Source of the DNA: Raja brachyura
Lineage: Eukaryota
Assembly (NCBI GenBank): GCA_963514005.1
Contig: OY740794.1
Coordinates: 20,894,001 to 20,958,000, forward strand
Direction of reading: 5' to 3'
DNA: 64,000 bases
Shown here: positions 42,244-55,701 of the stretch, one piece after another
How positions within the stretch are numbered: position 1 is the stretch's first letter
Layout of the letters: each line of letters opens with the position of its first letter
The notes under the pieces: model-generated
The model's input: only the letters and a program-made list of their open reading frames with translations
Database searches by the model: none
Told to the model about the DNA's origin: nothing
Made by a program: the position numbers and the translations under genes

Positions 42244-43390
42244 CTGTGTGAGTTCTTTTGTGGATCTTGAGATTTTCTGATCGAGCAAAGACTTTGCCGC
42301 AGCCGGGGAATGGGCAGGGAAAAGGTTTCTCGCCAGTGTGGACTCTGATGTGATTTACAAGTTTATATTTGGCTTTGAAAGGCTTTCCCTCTCTTGGACA
42401 CTCGTCCCAGAAACAGATATGGTTCGACTGCTCTGGTCCCCCTACGTGTTCCACAGTTACGTGAGTAACAAGTTCGTGCATCGTACTAAAAGTTTTTGAG
42501 CATGGTTTTTTAGTGACAGGGTCCGGCTCAGTCCACTTGCAGATCAGTTCCTGCTTGATAGGTTGCCTCATGTAGCGAAAGAAAGCACCTGGGCCGTGGT
42601 GGGCTGCTAGGTTCATGCCACCGTAGCTATGTAGAGGGGAAGAGGCAAAAGGATCACTCCTGGAACTTGCCACTTGGCTGTAGTGTTCAGACCTGGCGTA
42701 CATATCTCCAGGTAGCCCCAGTCTTAACTGTCCGTTCAGATGGTGTCCAGTTGGGGCTGGATGGGGAGTCTGATCATGGAGTCCTGGGAATAGAGAGTGG
42801 CTTCCAGCCTCGGGGTGACCATGGTGTCCGGGATAGCTACCTGTTGTTGATACAAACATTCCGTGGTGAGAACTCGTGCCAGGATATTGATCTGTGAGGC
42901 CAGGCATGACTGAGGATGTCAGATCTCTGCGGATGAGGAAGTCTCTACCTGCCGAGATAGCCTGGGCAGTATAGCTGGCGTGAGAGTGCGAGACCGAATA
43001 ACTGACTGCTGCTGCCGCCTGCGCTGGGCCATACGCTGCCGTTGGATTGGAGACAACATCAGCGTGGCCTGCCATATGATGGTGATGGTGGTGGTGGTGG
43101 TGGTGGTGGGGATGGGATGGGCTGAGTTTAAGTGCCGCGGCGGCTGCAGGGTGCCCCATGTGTTCAGGCCCGAATGGACTCGGCCCCAGGCGGGGTTCTC
43201 CAGTATTCTCCCCAGGGTGCGTGTGTGCCATTGAGTGGGGATGGCCGCTGAGCCCCGGGAAGCCTGTCATGCTCTGGGGGGGATGGTGATGATGATGATG
43301 GTGGTGCGCTCCTGCCAAGTCTACTAATCTCAGCGCTGGGTTTCGCTTGGCGAACGATGGGTCCACCATCGGACTCCCCAAAGCATCCAT
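42244..43390 (-). CDS. zic4: Zic4 coding exon 1: N-terminus with His tracts, ZF-NC region and C2H2 fingers 1-3
   Basis: The ORF runs [27 protein letters not shown]...[19 protein letters not shown]...HKRTHT and ends at a phase-1 donor G|GTCAGT (GT at 42243-42242). The N-terminus is of the Zic4/5 subgroup type, and head-to-head linkage with Zic1 identifies it as Zic4 rather than Zic5. The ORF-track tail (GQYLRR...) is intron read-through. Confidence 0.95.
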
Positions 43391-43445
43391 GCTTATAATG
43401 CCTGACTGCAGGAAAATAATAAAAGAAACTTTTTTTTTTCAAAAG

Positions 43446-43532
43446 TTACCGAACTTTGAAAACTCGCCCTTTGCCAACGTGGAAAGCCATTCGGTGTAGA
43501 GAGTGCAGACGGATGGCAGCAGCAGGAAGCAT
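43446..43532 (-). other. Zic4 upstream ORF (MLPAAAIRLHSLHRMAFHVGKGRVFKVR*)
   Basis: ATG at 43532, TAA at 43448-43446, ending 55 nt before the main ATG. Confidence 0.45.
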
Positions 43533-43534
43533 TG

Positions 43535-43775
43535 AGAAACTGAATTGAAATTCATGAACAGCTTTGTAGCCCGTCGGGCTCCGCGAGCAACACGCCATCT
43601 CATTGGTGAGTTCTCAATGATAGACAGTGCCAGTTACGGACCCCAGACGGGACACATGCGTATTACACCCGACCGATGTTTGATGGGGTGGCGGGGAGGG
43701 GGTGGGGGGCAGGGTAGGGCATTGGCAATGGGTAAGGGAGGGAGGGGGGGAGTTGAGGGGTGAATGGGAACATGG
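43535..43775 (-). promoter_or_regulatory. Probable Zic4 proximal promoter
   Basis: Minus-strand CCAAT boxes at 43606-43602 and 43725-43721, a YY1-like AGATGGCG (43600-43593), G-rich Sp/KLF-type tracts (43685-43770) and an Inr-like TCAGTT at 43543-43538. Confidence 0.6.
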
Positions 43776-46700
43776 AAAATTCTTTTTGGCTGAAGGGCGT
43801 GGGATTTTTCTGCTAGTTTCTTGAAACACACTAATTTTATTAAGGAAATCTGTAACCGTTTTCGTCTATTTCTGCTCTTCTAGGGGTAATCAGCTAAGGG
43901 AATAACAAAAGCTGTACATCTTTAAAAGTTGATCAGAGCGGGAGTTTTTTTTGTGAAAATATCATAAATAGCGAATATTTGCCGTTTGATACCTCCTTTC
44001 TGTGTTCACTTTTGCTAAAATCTGGTCGTTGCCGGGAGCTTTCGCCAACGATAAATTGAGAAGCATTTAGGATTCTGGTCTATATAAAGTATTCTCAACT
44101 ATGAAATTAAATTATGTGCGCTGATTATTAATCTGGATCTCACTTTAATTTAGAGAGATTAAAAGGGCAAATAAAGCAGGGATTCTGCATTGCTGCAGGA
44201 TTAAAAAAATAATAATATGAGGTGTTACAACTGTGTTTCTTTCACGGACAAATATACAGTTAGACGTGTAGGAAAGTTTACCCGGTGTCTGGGCCAGTCA
44301 AACACCAGTATCTGTTTTGCAATACCAAACACTGTGTCCCGCTCACCGCTGTACTGATCCACAGCAGATCCTGTGGTTTATGCAAGAATTTAGTTTTTGC
44401 GGGCAAGAAGGTTCGGCACTATACCTTAAAATGAGGTTATGGCCTGTTATACTCTGGCCGGATATTAGTTAGTGATTTTTTATCTTTCCTGACACTCGCA
44501 GACTGCCAGGCGTGTTATGTTTTTTTGACAAAATCAGACGGCTGGTGTTCTTAGCGGCACAGACGATCAAAGAGATTCCCAGTCAGAGGCATCTGTTAAC
44601 TTTTTTTTCTTCCCGAGACTGAGTATGAAACTTTCTCAGCATGTAATAACTTATTGAGTTCTCTTGCCCGCAGTCCCGGCTTGGTAATTCTGTAAGCTAG
44701 AGTCCAGGGAAAGTTTGGCTTTTCGAGGAGGATGTTGGATCGGACTTGAAGGTGGGAATGGGGGAGGGGGAGAGGGAATACTTCTATTTTCTTAGGCGTT
44801 GTATTTTTTTTAACCCCGGTCGGTACTGTTTTTCTACAGATTGGCAAGCGATTTGAATTACTGCCTACTTCACATGGATGCAAACGTGTTTCGTTTTAAA
44901 ACTAAACGTGTTTCCAATTCCAAAACTACAGCTTGCGAAGGCGATCCTAGACCGTGCTTCGAGATCCGCTTCACACAGCGTAATCCGCAAATAGGAAACC
45001 CGCATCGCTTGTGGTGGAAAAGAAAGTAAAGTGGAGAGTGTTGCGGGAGGCCCGCAGAAAGATAACGTGATGATAAATTACCGTGTGCTTGTATCTTTGC
45101 ACGGGCACACGTGAATGAAAGGCTTTTAAAGCGATCTCCCGTCTTCATATCAGCCTTACGATTTCATATATTTATTCTAATACCCGAACGCAATGCTGCT
45201 TACAATCCCTCCCCCAACATACAGTCTTATGCCTGCATCTGTAACTTGCTCTTAGTGCAGATCGTCTGTGTACGTCGCCTTGAGTACAGACGTCTGCCAT
45301 CTAAGTGAAAAGTAGTTTAGACTTTGATTTTTCAGAGAAGACCAGGGTGACAAAACGGGCTACTAACTCAAACATGTACGTTGTGGCTCCTCAGATTATT
45401 CACCAAGGGTACAAAAGGGGAACGGAAACCTAGTGCTGCGATATCCGTGGATTTAGGCCGTCGTTCTAAGCTGATCAACGGCAGGGCTTGAAGGCTGCAG
45501 TCTTGCTGCACACAGCAGACCTACAGTGCAAGAGAGAGAGAAAAAAAGGTAGGTTTTCAAAGGGAGGTGGGAGTTATAATGTGGAGAGAAATTTGTGGGG
45601 GCGGGGGTGGTGGTGGGAAGAAACAGAAATACCAAATTTAAGCTGGGAGAGAGATTAGAAGGAGAAAAGGCGTAAGCAACGTTATACGTGTTGGGAATGT
45701 ATCCAGAGAAACAAGGAAGAAAAAAATGGTTAAAAAGTATGATCAGATGAGAACACGTGGGGGAGGGATATAGGCATGGCGGTGGGGGGAAAAATCACAC
45801 AGTTGTTCAAACATTTCTCTTTAGTCATGGCAAATATGTTGAATATAATGAAAGATTTGCTCAATTTGTAAACACTAACCTTCAAAACGCAAGGAGGGCC
45901 AGGAAGATAATTCAGAAAAAAAATGTTATTAACGCATATTCACTGTCAAACAATGATTTCACATATGGGTATTAAAAGGCTTTGGAGTATCTCATGCAAT
46001 AATACTTGCACTACGGTGTATGCTTTATATTTATAAACAGCAAATATTTCAATAGTTGACGTTGTTATTTCTGTTAATTCACGTACTATTTGCATCTACC
46101 ATATTTTGACCATCAGGTGGAATCACAAAGCGGGTGAATAATCTATAGATTGTTGCGTGTTTTTATTTATCACCCAAAGAAAGCTCTGCTGTGCAACAGA
46201 GAAGGATGCAGTGTAGATCTGTGAATGCTGACACGTTTATACCTTAGCCTCTAGGGCTTCACACTGCAGGCTTAAAATGGGATTTGTACATGTGCGTCCG
46301 CATTACCTGATCGAGCCCCCACCTTAGTGTCCGTTTGCCTGCTGTCTTCCGAGCAATTGTTCAGCAGCAATTGTCAATTCCTAGAAAAGAATAGACTGCT
46401 TATGCATGTTTCAATATATAAATGTTTCCGTAAACGTAAATATACGAGAAACATACAAGTAAATTATAATGTTGAATTACATGTTCACATGTTGTCACTG
46501 TGGATACGTTATTCCACGTATGCATGCACTATTACACCTAAAGTATCGAGGGCTGCAAATTTTGCAGTATTGTTTCCTGTCTTTGAAGTAAAAAACACTA
46601 GACAGTAAGAATATTCCATTACGGTAGACTTTCAAATAAAAAAATAGTCAACGTGGGATATACTCTTCGCTAACGTTACTAATGCTACATAATAAATGCA

Positions 46701-49640
46701 TTTTAGCCAGATGAAACATTTTGTGCTTTACATTCAGTATAGGATATATTAGATATGGTGAGACGTGCACTCATACCTAACAATAAGGTTGAGGTGATTC
46801 AGTAATTCACTTTATTGTGTTATATCATTGATCCCTTCACACAATCATATGTTTTATTTCAAAAATAAAATGTAAACATCGCTAAATTATGTGAGATTTG
46901 CTTTTCTGGAAGAGAAGTGCAACATTTTCCCCAAATTGTCTAGAAATTAGAATGGTACTCTTATTTTCATTTCTTAGATTGTTTTCCAATGTGATTAAAA
47001 CATCACATAACAAAACGAGCTGGATTTTATATCCTCCTTATGATCGGCAGTTCACAGCTTCCTGTACCCCATTATAAACAGGAAATAATTTCAGAATTCC
47101 AGGTCTGTAGACTACAGGATCAACACTAAAGAAGTCCAACAGAGATGCCAAGGAACTTTGATTATACCTTTGTGTTGTATGAAAAACAGCGGAAAAAAGC
47201 ACTACGAGGAATGCAATAAATAGACATGGTACTCCGCATAGTTAAAACACAACTGAGCAGTGTAAATTCCAAATTATTTCCTCGCAGAATTGTATTTCGA
47301 AGAACACATTGGAAGGGAACAGATTAGGAAAATAATCTTTTTTGATAACATCTCGGTGGTGGCGTTATTTTGATGCAATTTGTTCATGTCCTTTTTGACC
47401 AAATTTGATATGAAAAGTAGCGAAAAATCTCGCTATTTTGGGTCCCAATATTCCATGCGTTATACTCATTTCTTTCAACCCATTCATTGAACGTTTAACG
47501 TAATGAAGAAGGAAATTCTTCATTCTCCTACAGTTTAATTCAGCTTGTTGCAAGTGCGTGAGTTGGTGCATGTTTGCAGTTTAAATCATAAGGTATAATC
47601 TAAGGATATCCTGATTGATATTGCCAATAAACACAATGGGCCCATTATATTTCTGGCAAAGGGCAATAGGTTGTGCATTAAATCACCCCCAAAAACTTAA
47701 AATCGAGCAACATGAAGCATTGGACAGCATTTTTAACAAGCAACATAATATGGGATAGTATGTCTAATAGCTAGGATTGACTGCGCACACTCAAGCTGTG
47801 AGTGGTTTACGTTAGTGATGTGCGGTGTTGGAATTCCGTGCCATTCTATCTTATCAAGATACATTTTGCAAATATTTAATTAAAGAAGTTTGATTATGAA
47901 GACGGGTATAACATGTTTTATGTGTAAAATATGCAAACTGTCCATGTTAAATAAAACCAGAATAATATTCCAGATTAATGAAAGTAGCAACTATAACATA
48001 CTGAATGATAGACACATCGTGGTTAATTAGCAACATCAGCGTGGTGCACTTTATACAGAAAGCAGAGTTACTTTTTTATCTTTGCTGCATTTTAAAATGA
48101 GATGTTTATCCTGTACTTGGCGTACATACGATGCTACATCCAGGCCCCACCCCCTTGTAACGGAGGATATTAATTTCATGTACCAATAAGTCTTAGACTT
48201 TTGTCTGGCTAATTATATTGTTGAAAATAATCTTCAAGCAGCACCAATTGATTGCATTGTTTGATTTTGCCTGAGCAATATATCAGTATCTCCGCCATAT
48301 CTGCTTTTCACGCGTCTTTTTGCAGACGTCCACTTTAAAAAAAACACAGTTAAACATTATCATAATACATTTCTTCTAATAACTGAAACAGTAAAAGCTA
48401 TAAAAGCAGAATCGAGGGAGTATAGTTGTTTTCGATGTATTTATAGACGAAAGAAAGCATTTGTTTCAAAATATGCTTTAGTTTCTCCGAAGGAGGCTAG
48501 GATGTAATAACAGGTTATCACCATGCTAGAGAAAAATGGGTGCTCTGTATACAGTTCTCATTACAGTTAAGATCACTAGTTGCACTTTTAATGTAGCTAC
48601 AATATAAACACACTACATATAAAATGCTAAATTATACGCGATTTTGAGAGAATTCAACATACTTTTCAATGTCGGAAACAGATACACGTGATTAGTTAAT
48701 TTACCCGCTGCGTTGACCGCGGAGAATAGATACCGTAGTCTATATCTCACCACAAGTTTATGACTGGAACTGATTAAGCAGCGATGGAAAGAAGCTAGAA
48801 ACCAGATAACTTGTACCATTACGATTGTATCTTTGTAAGCAAAGTTATACTATCTAAAGATATACCACACTTCCCATGTCTAAAATCGTCATCGCAATTC
48901 AGCAACTAATATCAGCACTCTTTTGCGAATTATATTGAAGTATTCCAAATTTATACCAAATTTAGAGAATCGATGCCTATGAATGTCTATAACTTGAAGG
49001 ATATACATTTTGGTATTGTTCTGAAAAATGTCCTTATACCTTTAACTGTAATCATGTCCACTAGCATTGCGTTGTATTCCTTTTTTGCAAACACAGAGCA
49101 ATTATGGAGAAAAAGATCTCCTCGTTCAAGTTGTTGCCGAATTACTGCTAACTTTACACTAAAAAATAGTCTTGGTGACACTAACCCGAAAATGCGTTTT
49201 GCTAACATTATCATTGTTAAATAGTGGTGATGCAGGAAAGCTTTATCTGGAATGAATCTGAGAATTATGGTTGTGGTTATACATTTATATGTAGATACCT
49301 GTAACGCCGATATTTAGGAAGATAGAAACCCACCAAGAAAACCAAAGCTCCACTCCAAAGATGGTCTAATATACTCTTCCAAATCACATTATATTCAAAT
49401 TATCCGTAAATGAACAAAATAATGCAACTGTCATGGAAAAATATGGAATCTACGTAGACTGGGTCGAAGGTTGTTGTTACAATACTATGGTCGTCAAATA
49501 TTAATACTGGTACTTTCAGGCAGGGTACATTGATCTACAGCAAACAGCTGCTTGCGGGATGTACTGTCACTAATTTATACAGTGAGCGACGACATAAAAC
49601 AATGTAAATGACCACGATTCAGACTGGAGGTCGAAAACGA

Positions 49641-50203
49641 NNNNNNNNNNNNNNNNNNNNNNNNNNNNNNNNNNNNNNNNNNNNNNNNNNNNNNNNNNNN
49701 NNNNNNNNNNNNNNNNNNNNNNNNNNNNNNNNNNNNNNNNNNNNNNNNNNNNNNNNNNNNNNNNNNNNNNNNNNNNNNNNNNNNNNNNNNNNNNNNNNNN
49801 NNNNNNNNNNNNNNNNNNNNNNNNNNNNNNNNNNNNNNNNNNNNNNNNNNNNNNNNNNNNNNNNNNNNNNNNNNNNNNNNNNNNNTGTTTTTTTNNNNNN
49901 NNNNNNNNNNNNNNNNNNNNNNNNNNNNNNNNNNNNNNNNNNNNNNNNNNNNNNNNNNNNNNNNNNNNNNNNNNNNNNNNNNNNNNNNNNNNNNNNNNNN
50001 NNNNNNNNNNNNNNNNNNNNNNNNNNNNNNNNNNNNNNNNNNNNNNNNNNNNNNNNNNNNNNNNNNNNNNNNNNNNNNNNNNNNNNNNNNNNNNNNNNNN
50101 NNNNNNNNNNNNNNNNNNNNNNNNNNNNNNNNNNNNNNNNNNNNNNNNNNNNNNNNNNNNNNNNNNNNNNNNNNNNNNNNNNNNNNNNNNNNNNNNNNNN
50201 NNN
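49641..50203. other. N-runs (masked simple repeats or gaps)
   Basis: N-runs lie at 4667-4861, 8602-8752, 10349-10498, 11109-11253, 11278-11504, 25148-25342, 26766-26924, 49641-49885 and 49895-50203. They vary in length and most abut TA, CA or TATC-like sequence. Confidence 0.8.
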
Positions 50204-53200
50204 CAGGCAACAGACAGACAGATTTGCGTTATGAGGACAACATTATTTTGTGTCAACAGCCTATCAAATGAACAAATTACTACTTAGTTTATTGTTGGTA
50301 TTTCATTGAAAGCGCGATAATACCAGAGAAAGATTTGAAAAATACCTTGATTAGTATAACACGCGGTTTCAATTGTAGTTATATTAATTCGAATTCTATG
50401 AATTATTCATTTTGCAAGCTTGCATCTTAGTGGCTCGGTTTCTATTTTTGATATAAGTTAGAAATTCGATGATGCTAAATGTCACGCCGGTACTGGAACT
50501 GGTTTTGTTCAGAGTTCGGCGTGTATTAAACAATGCCGAAGATATTCCACGAGCTGGCAATCATTGTTTTAAGTAAAGAACGTCAATTCAAAGGAAGTTT
50601 AAAAAAAAACTATGAGAAAATATCTATCATCTTTACAACATTTCGGGTTTTCTTTGGATGTCATTTCTTTCCACGTGTATGTAGGGGCGAGTAAAGGCGT
50701 GTATCAATTAAAAAAGTAACTAACCTGCAAAATGCTCATTGTCATATTTCGCCGTGAGTCTGCATTTCACTCCAAGGAGGAACCAGCAACTCTAGGGGAT
50801 GTTTTGACAACCAAATAAAAAGTCCAATCGTGGTAACTTTTTCTAACAAGGTTGCAGATAAATATATATTTATATTACTAAATAACTTTGCGGGCACGAA
50901 AGCTTCAATAAAGAAGTTAAGTTGAAACGTATAGGGCTGCATTTAGGGCTACAAGTGTTCATTCGGTAAATAATATTAGCAATGCATAATACACAGCGAA
51001 ATTACAGTTTGCCTTTCAATTTCTTTATGCCATTATTTTCTGCTACAACATTAGTATCGCAGTGGATATGATTGCTGAGCAAATGCAAGCTCCATTTGTT
51101 TTGAATAGTTCAAAAGCTACAAATGTAAAATGCATATTGCATACACATCTTTTTCCCCCCAAATAAATTATTTATCTACAAATTAGCACAGTGATCATAG
51201 CATATTGCTTATACCGTTATGATTTTAGGTATATATTGTTTATATATATATTAGGTATATATATATATTCTTTATATTAATAATCCTAACAACATCTTAT
51301 TTGCTACGTATATTTCAGTCAGTTCGTGTCGTAATTTCAATATCCTAGTGCTGAATAATCCTTACAATATCCTCCATAATGTCTACCCCTCCATTCACTC
51401 GTATTTCAAAAATGTTGGTAAATTTTCGGGAGCAACATAAAAGGATGTTGCGCCTTGTCGTGCATTAAGGTCATTTTTCAGTAACTATGAAAGATCGACA
51501 TCAACAAAGCGCACTGATTTCTAAAGTTATGTTTCCTTTCTATGTTCAAATACTCCAAACTCGCTCTTCTCGTAATTCAAGAATCTCCAGTTTTTAAGAC
51601 TTCGAGCACCCTTCAGCATCCATAGCTGAAGAATAAATTAAGAAAAAAAGGAAAGAATAAGTGATAAAGACCTGTTTTGTTTTTCAATCCCACATTGGAT
51701 TTTTTTAAAATCCCTTTGAATATCGTAATGTGAAATCCCTGTCTAATTGTAACTATACTAGAAATAATTCCAGAATATTGTAATAGATCTGCATGGACAA
51801 ATTATCCAATACACTTTTCGCACCTCCAACATCGATGCCATGCACAGATTTCAAGGCAGGCAGTCAGATAATGGGTAAAGCCAAGGGTGGCCTTCAAAGT
51901 TCTGCTTCCCGCCCCTAAACTAGCCCAGGCAACCTTCTGATAGCTGCAATTTTAATACAAAACTATCTGCTGAAAATCTCAATAACGTGGCCATTATCGA
52001 AAGTCTAATAACTCTGTCTAACTTCCAGCTTCTGGACGTTATTTTAAACAACAATTTGAAATTATATTGGACTTTACCCAGAAATCACCAGAATACCAGT
52101 TGAAAATTATCTTTGCTTTGATGACATTTTAGTTTAGTGCCAGTGTCCAAATCATACATATTTCCGGCTGCATGGTTATTAGTCTTTTTTTCCTCAAACA
52201 AAGCAAATAGATAGCAAGCAGATCACAGAAGCGCCAACGACTAAAATCCTGTTGTTTCGACTATTATGGATATACCTTATGCTAGTGTGGAAACATTAAA
52301 ACGTCAATGTGCATTCAATTTGATATTTTATATATAGAACAATTCCATATTGAACAATTGTTTTCCATTTCGACGTTTTAGTTCCAGGACAGCTAATATT
52401 TTTCGAAGGTATACATTATGTGGCATTGTGTGGCTTTGGCACATGTGGTCGGTCACGGGTCATGGGTCAAACGATATGGAATTTCAAAAGTCGGCGACTT
52501 CAGAGCTATCCTTGCGCGCAGAAGCCAACTGACTAACTTCATTTGAATCAGTTTTAATAGAGATAAGTATAATAAACGAAACGATAATACACTGGCTCAG
52601 GAATCAAACAATGCGATCAACTCGAAGAAATTCGGCCTCAGAAACATTCAAATTAACTTTGAAATAATTCTAATGTCCATTCCAATACTTGGAATATTTG
52701 CTTAGAGGAAGCAAGTAAACAATTATCAGTTCATTATCTTAGAATTCTAAAGCGTTTTGCTTGCAGGAAAAACACCGATAAATGACACGCGTTGACCGAC
52801 GCAATTGTTGAAGAGCTCTCTCACTTACTAGAACATACATTGGAACACAAAATAATTCTAGTTGCGAGTGTGGTTTATACGCGTAGCTGCGTTTTAAGGA
52901 CAGTAACAGTTAATACATGTTTGTCGCAAATAAGCGATTGAAAGATTAACTTCAAATTAGAAATCAAATTTCAGTTTTAAATTGAATTCATGGAATACAT
53001 CGAATTTTAAATCAAGTTAAAACAATTCCTTTTGTAAACTAGTACTTCAGCCTACAGACATATATCCCCCCCACCCCCGCTCCTCCCTTCATAGAACAAC
53101 CAAACGCTTTGCTATCCATCGACCGAAAACAATCCGAGGGATAATATCGGTACACACAAGTGCTTTCGAATGGAAATGCATAATTCAAAGCCACTCGCAC

Positions 53201-55509
53201 CTAGTTTTGCTTTTATTGGAACATGATGGCTCCTGACAAGGGCTATTCTGAGGAAACAAAAATCTGACTGATATCTCTATTCTCTTTTTAGTCAATTGCA
53301 TTTACATGAAAGATGATGGAAATTCAGGGGTCAGGAGTCGTTTAGTATAAGTCACTTGAATACACGTGCCTCTCTTACCGTCCGCCACCTGTTGAAGAAG
53401 ATGTCTTCGATCATTTAATTCAGGTAACTGAAGTTTAAAAAAAATCTACTTTGTAGCGGCAACTAGGTAGTCATTCTTCATTTCGCCTTTTCAAGGTTTC
53501 TGGAAGCAGTTAGGGAATGTATGATGAAGCAGAAATGAGCCGTCAGGATGATATTTTAATGGCTTATATGTCACGTCGGTGCATGCGGCTTTGAACTCAA
53601 GCAGCCTGCGTTTCCTGCGGAGAACGCCGCAAATCCCACTTGATAACTTCTACCATCCTTCAAATTTTAAAATCAGTCCTTCTTTGTATATTGGGAGAAG
53701 TAGTCTAAAGATAATGCTATGGGAAACGTTTACTTTTCATACTCCTAAAGTGTCCCTTTAGAATTTGCACACTCAATGAGCAGTAAATCTTTTTGAATCA
53801 AATTGCTCCAGCTTCTGCTTCTAGACTGCTGTGATTTTAATATCAATGTTATCAGTATATTGCATCATTTAAAGTAACGCTATGAGGCTAGCTATTGTAA
53901 TCACCCAGCAAGACAATATTATGTTCTACTTAAATCTTTAAGAACGCAGGATATCCAGTGCACAACCAAAGCAGATAAATAAGATTTCTTTTTGTGCACA
54001 AATATGGGACCTATCGCGTCAGAATAGTCAGTTTAACCACAATTAGTATCTTCTCATAAGGCAATTTTAGACCATTAAAGTACCTTAAAATTACACTAAT
54101 ACCCTATTCAATACCCACACCGGCCTCATGCTTTCAGCAAAGTAAGCACGTAGCCTCAAATTGTTGTAAATTGGAAACCCAAGTGGCATGCATTTTAATT
54201 TGTTTTTGCTATAAGCTCTTAGTGCGAACATTGTCGTCAGGCTCCTACCCCGTAATGATAAACATGCTTCCTTGAGCAACAGCGCTACTGTAAAATATCT
54301 ATAGAACTTCGCGGCCGAATAACGTCCTAAGGTGGTCAATTAAACGCCGGGCTTTCGCATACTCCATTACCTTCGCCCGAAATATTTTGTTCGAAGTTAA
54401 CCTCTTGTACTTTAACAGTGAATACTTTTTTTTTTAAGTGTTTGTTTGAAAAAAAAGCGAGCAAACGTGTTCGTGTAAACTGGGTAATCACAAAACAGAA
54501 TTGGAAAGAGCATAGATTGGGGGAAACAAGACAACTATTTGAAAGCAGTGCCCTTCCAAAGTGATGGTTTGCTAACGGAGATAATAGTTGAAGGATGCGG
54601 TAAGACCTCTTTGTTATAAAATAAGACTTTAACTCGGAGGTTTAGCTTCAAGGAAGTTCATTGAAGTGGTGAACAAAAGGTAAATTGAACGATTCCGATT
54701 CTTTGTTGGCTTTTTACGTTTCTATTACTTGAATGTAATTAGACTTAATGAATATGCAAACCGTTGGCCTCACTTTAAAAAAAAACTTTATAGGGACACA
54801 GTAAATAGACTTTCACAAATTTGGGGCAGCGGATCGGAAAGTGTAAACTAAAAGATGATGTGGTAAAAAGCTATATTTTCCTTTACTGACGATGTGCATA
54901 AACAATTTCCGCAGTCATTGTCCGCAATCAATGAAAAGCGCACCACTTTTTATACATAGAGGGGGAAATCCTTACTTCCAGCTATTCGGCGATTGTGTGA
55001 GGACCTATAGATATGTATAGAGCAATTCATCGTCACCGTAGTAAAAAAAAGGACCAAGCAAGATGTTTTCAATCGCCTTTTACATGTGGAAAGACAGGTT
55101 AATCAAGGGTTTCGTCTCGAAAACAACCGAGTGTTGTATGTTTGTACTGAATCCAAACATATGCATTTTCCTAACCCAATTCAATAGAGTGTTCTTTCTC
55201 TTTTTGCTCACTCATCTGGGTAAGTGAATTTTCACCGGCGATCAAAAAGCTACTGAACAACAAAGGAAGCCGCCCGCTTTTTTTCCTAGTCTGGAGTTGT
55301 GGCACATTAACGAATTTCAAACAGTCTGACAAGGGGTGACTGAATTGTGAAGTCGAAGAAGACAAGAGTTTTCTTCTGTTCTCTCTCCCACCCCCTTTCC
55401 CTCCTCCTCTTTCCATATTATATATATAAAAAAAAGGAGAGGGGAGAAAAAGAAAGAAAATGCGGACGGCAATAATTTATCAGGAGCGACTGTCACGGGT
55501 GCACAATAC

Positions 55510-55700
55510 CTGGGATTGATGAGGCGGGCGGGCCAATCAGGAGGCGGGATGTGCGCCCCAAGCTGGTGATTGGCACCAGGGCACAACGGGGCAGCGCCAG
55601 CCTGGCCAATGGGTGGAGACGCCGAGCGCCACGTGACTCCTCCCCCAACTCCCATTCATCAAGGGGACGGTGTTGTCTTTTCAATTCATTTATCTGCAGG
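55510..55700 (+). promoter_or_regulatory. Zic1 proximal promoter
   Basis: A GC/CpG-rich patch with GGCGGG boxes (~55523-55548), three CCAAT boxes (55533, reversed at 55569, 55606), the E-box CACGTGAC (55630) and an Inr-like TCATTT (55686), about 300-450 bp upstream of the ATG. Confidence 0.75.
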
Positions 55701-55701
55701 A

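Noticed and set aside
43406-43449. Possible mini-intron in the Zic4 leader (GTAACT...CTGCAG)
   Set aside because: At 44 nt it is shorter than typical vertebrate spliceosomal introns.
49570-50256. Long ORFs spanning N-runs (also at 4654, 8534, 10308, 11106, 25076 and 26666)
   Set aside because: They are open only because N bases hide stop codons.
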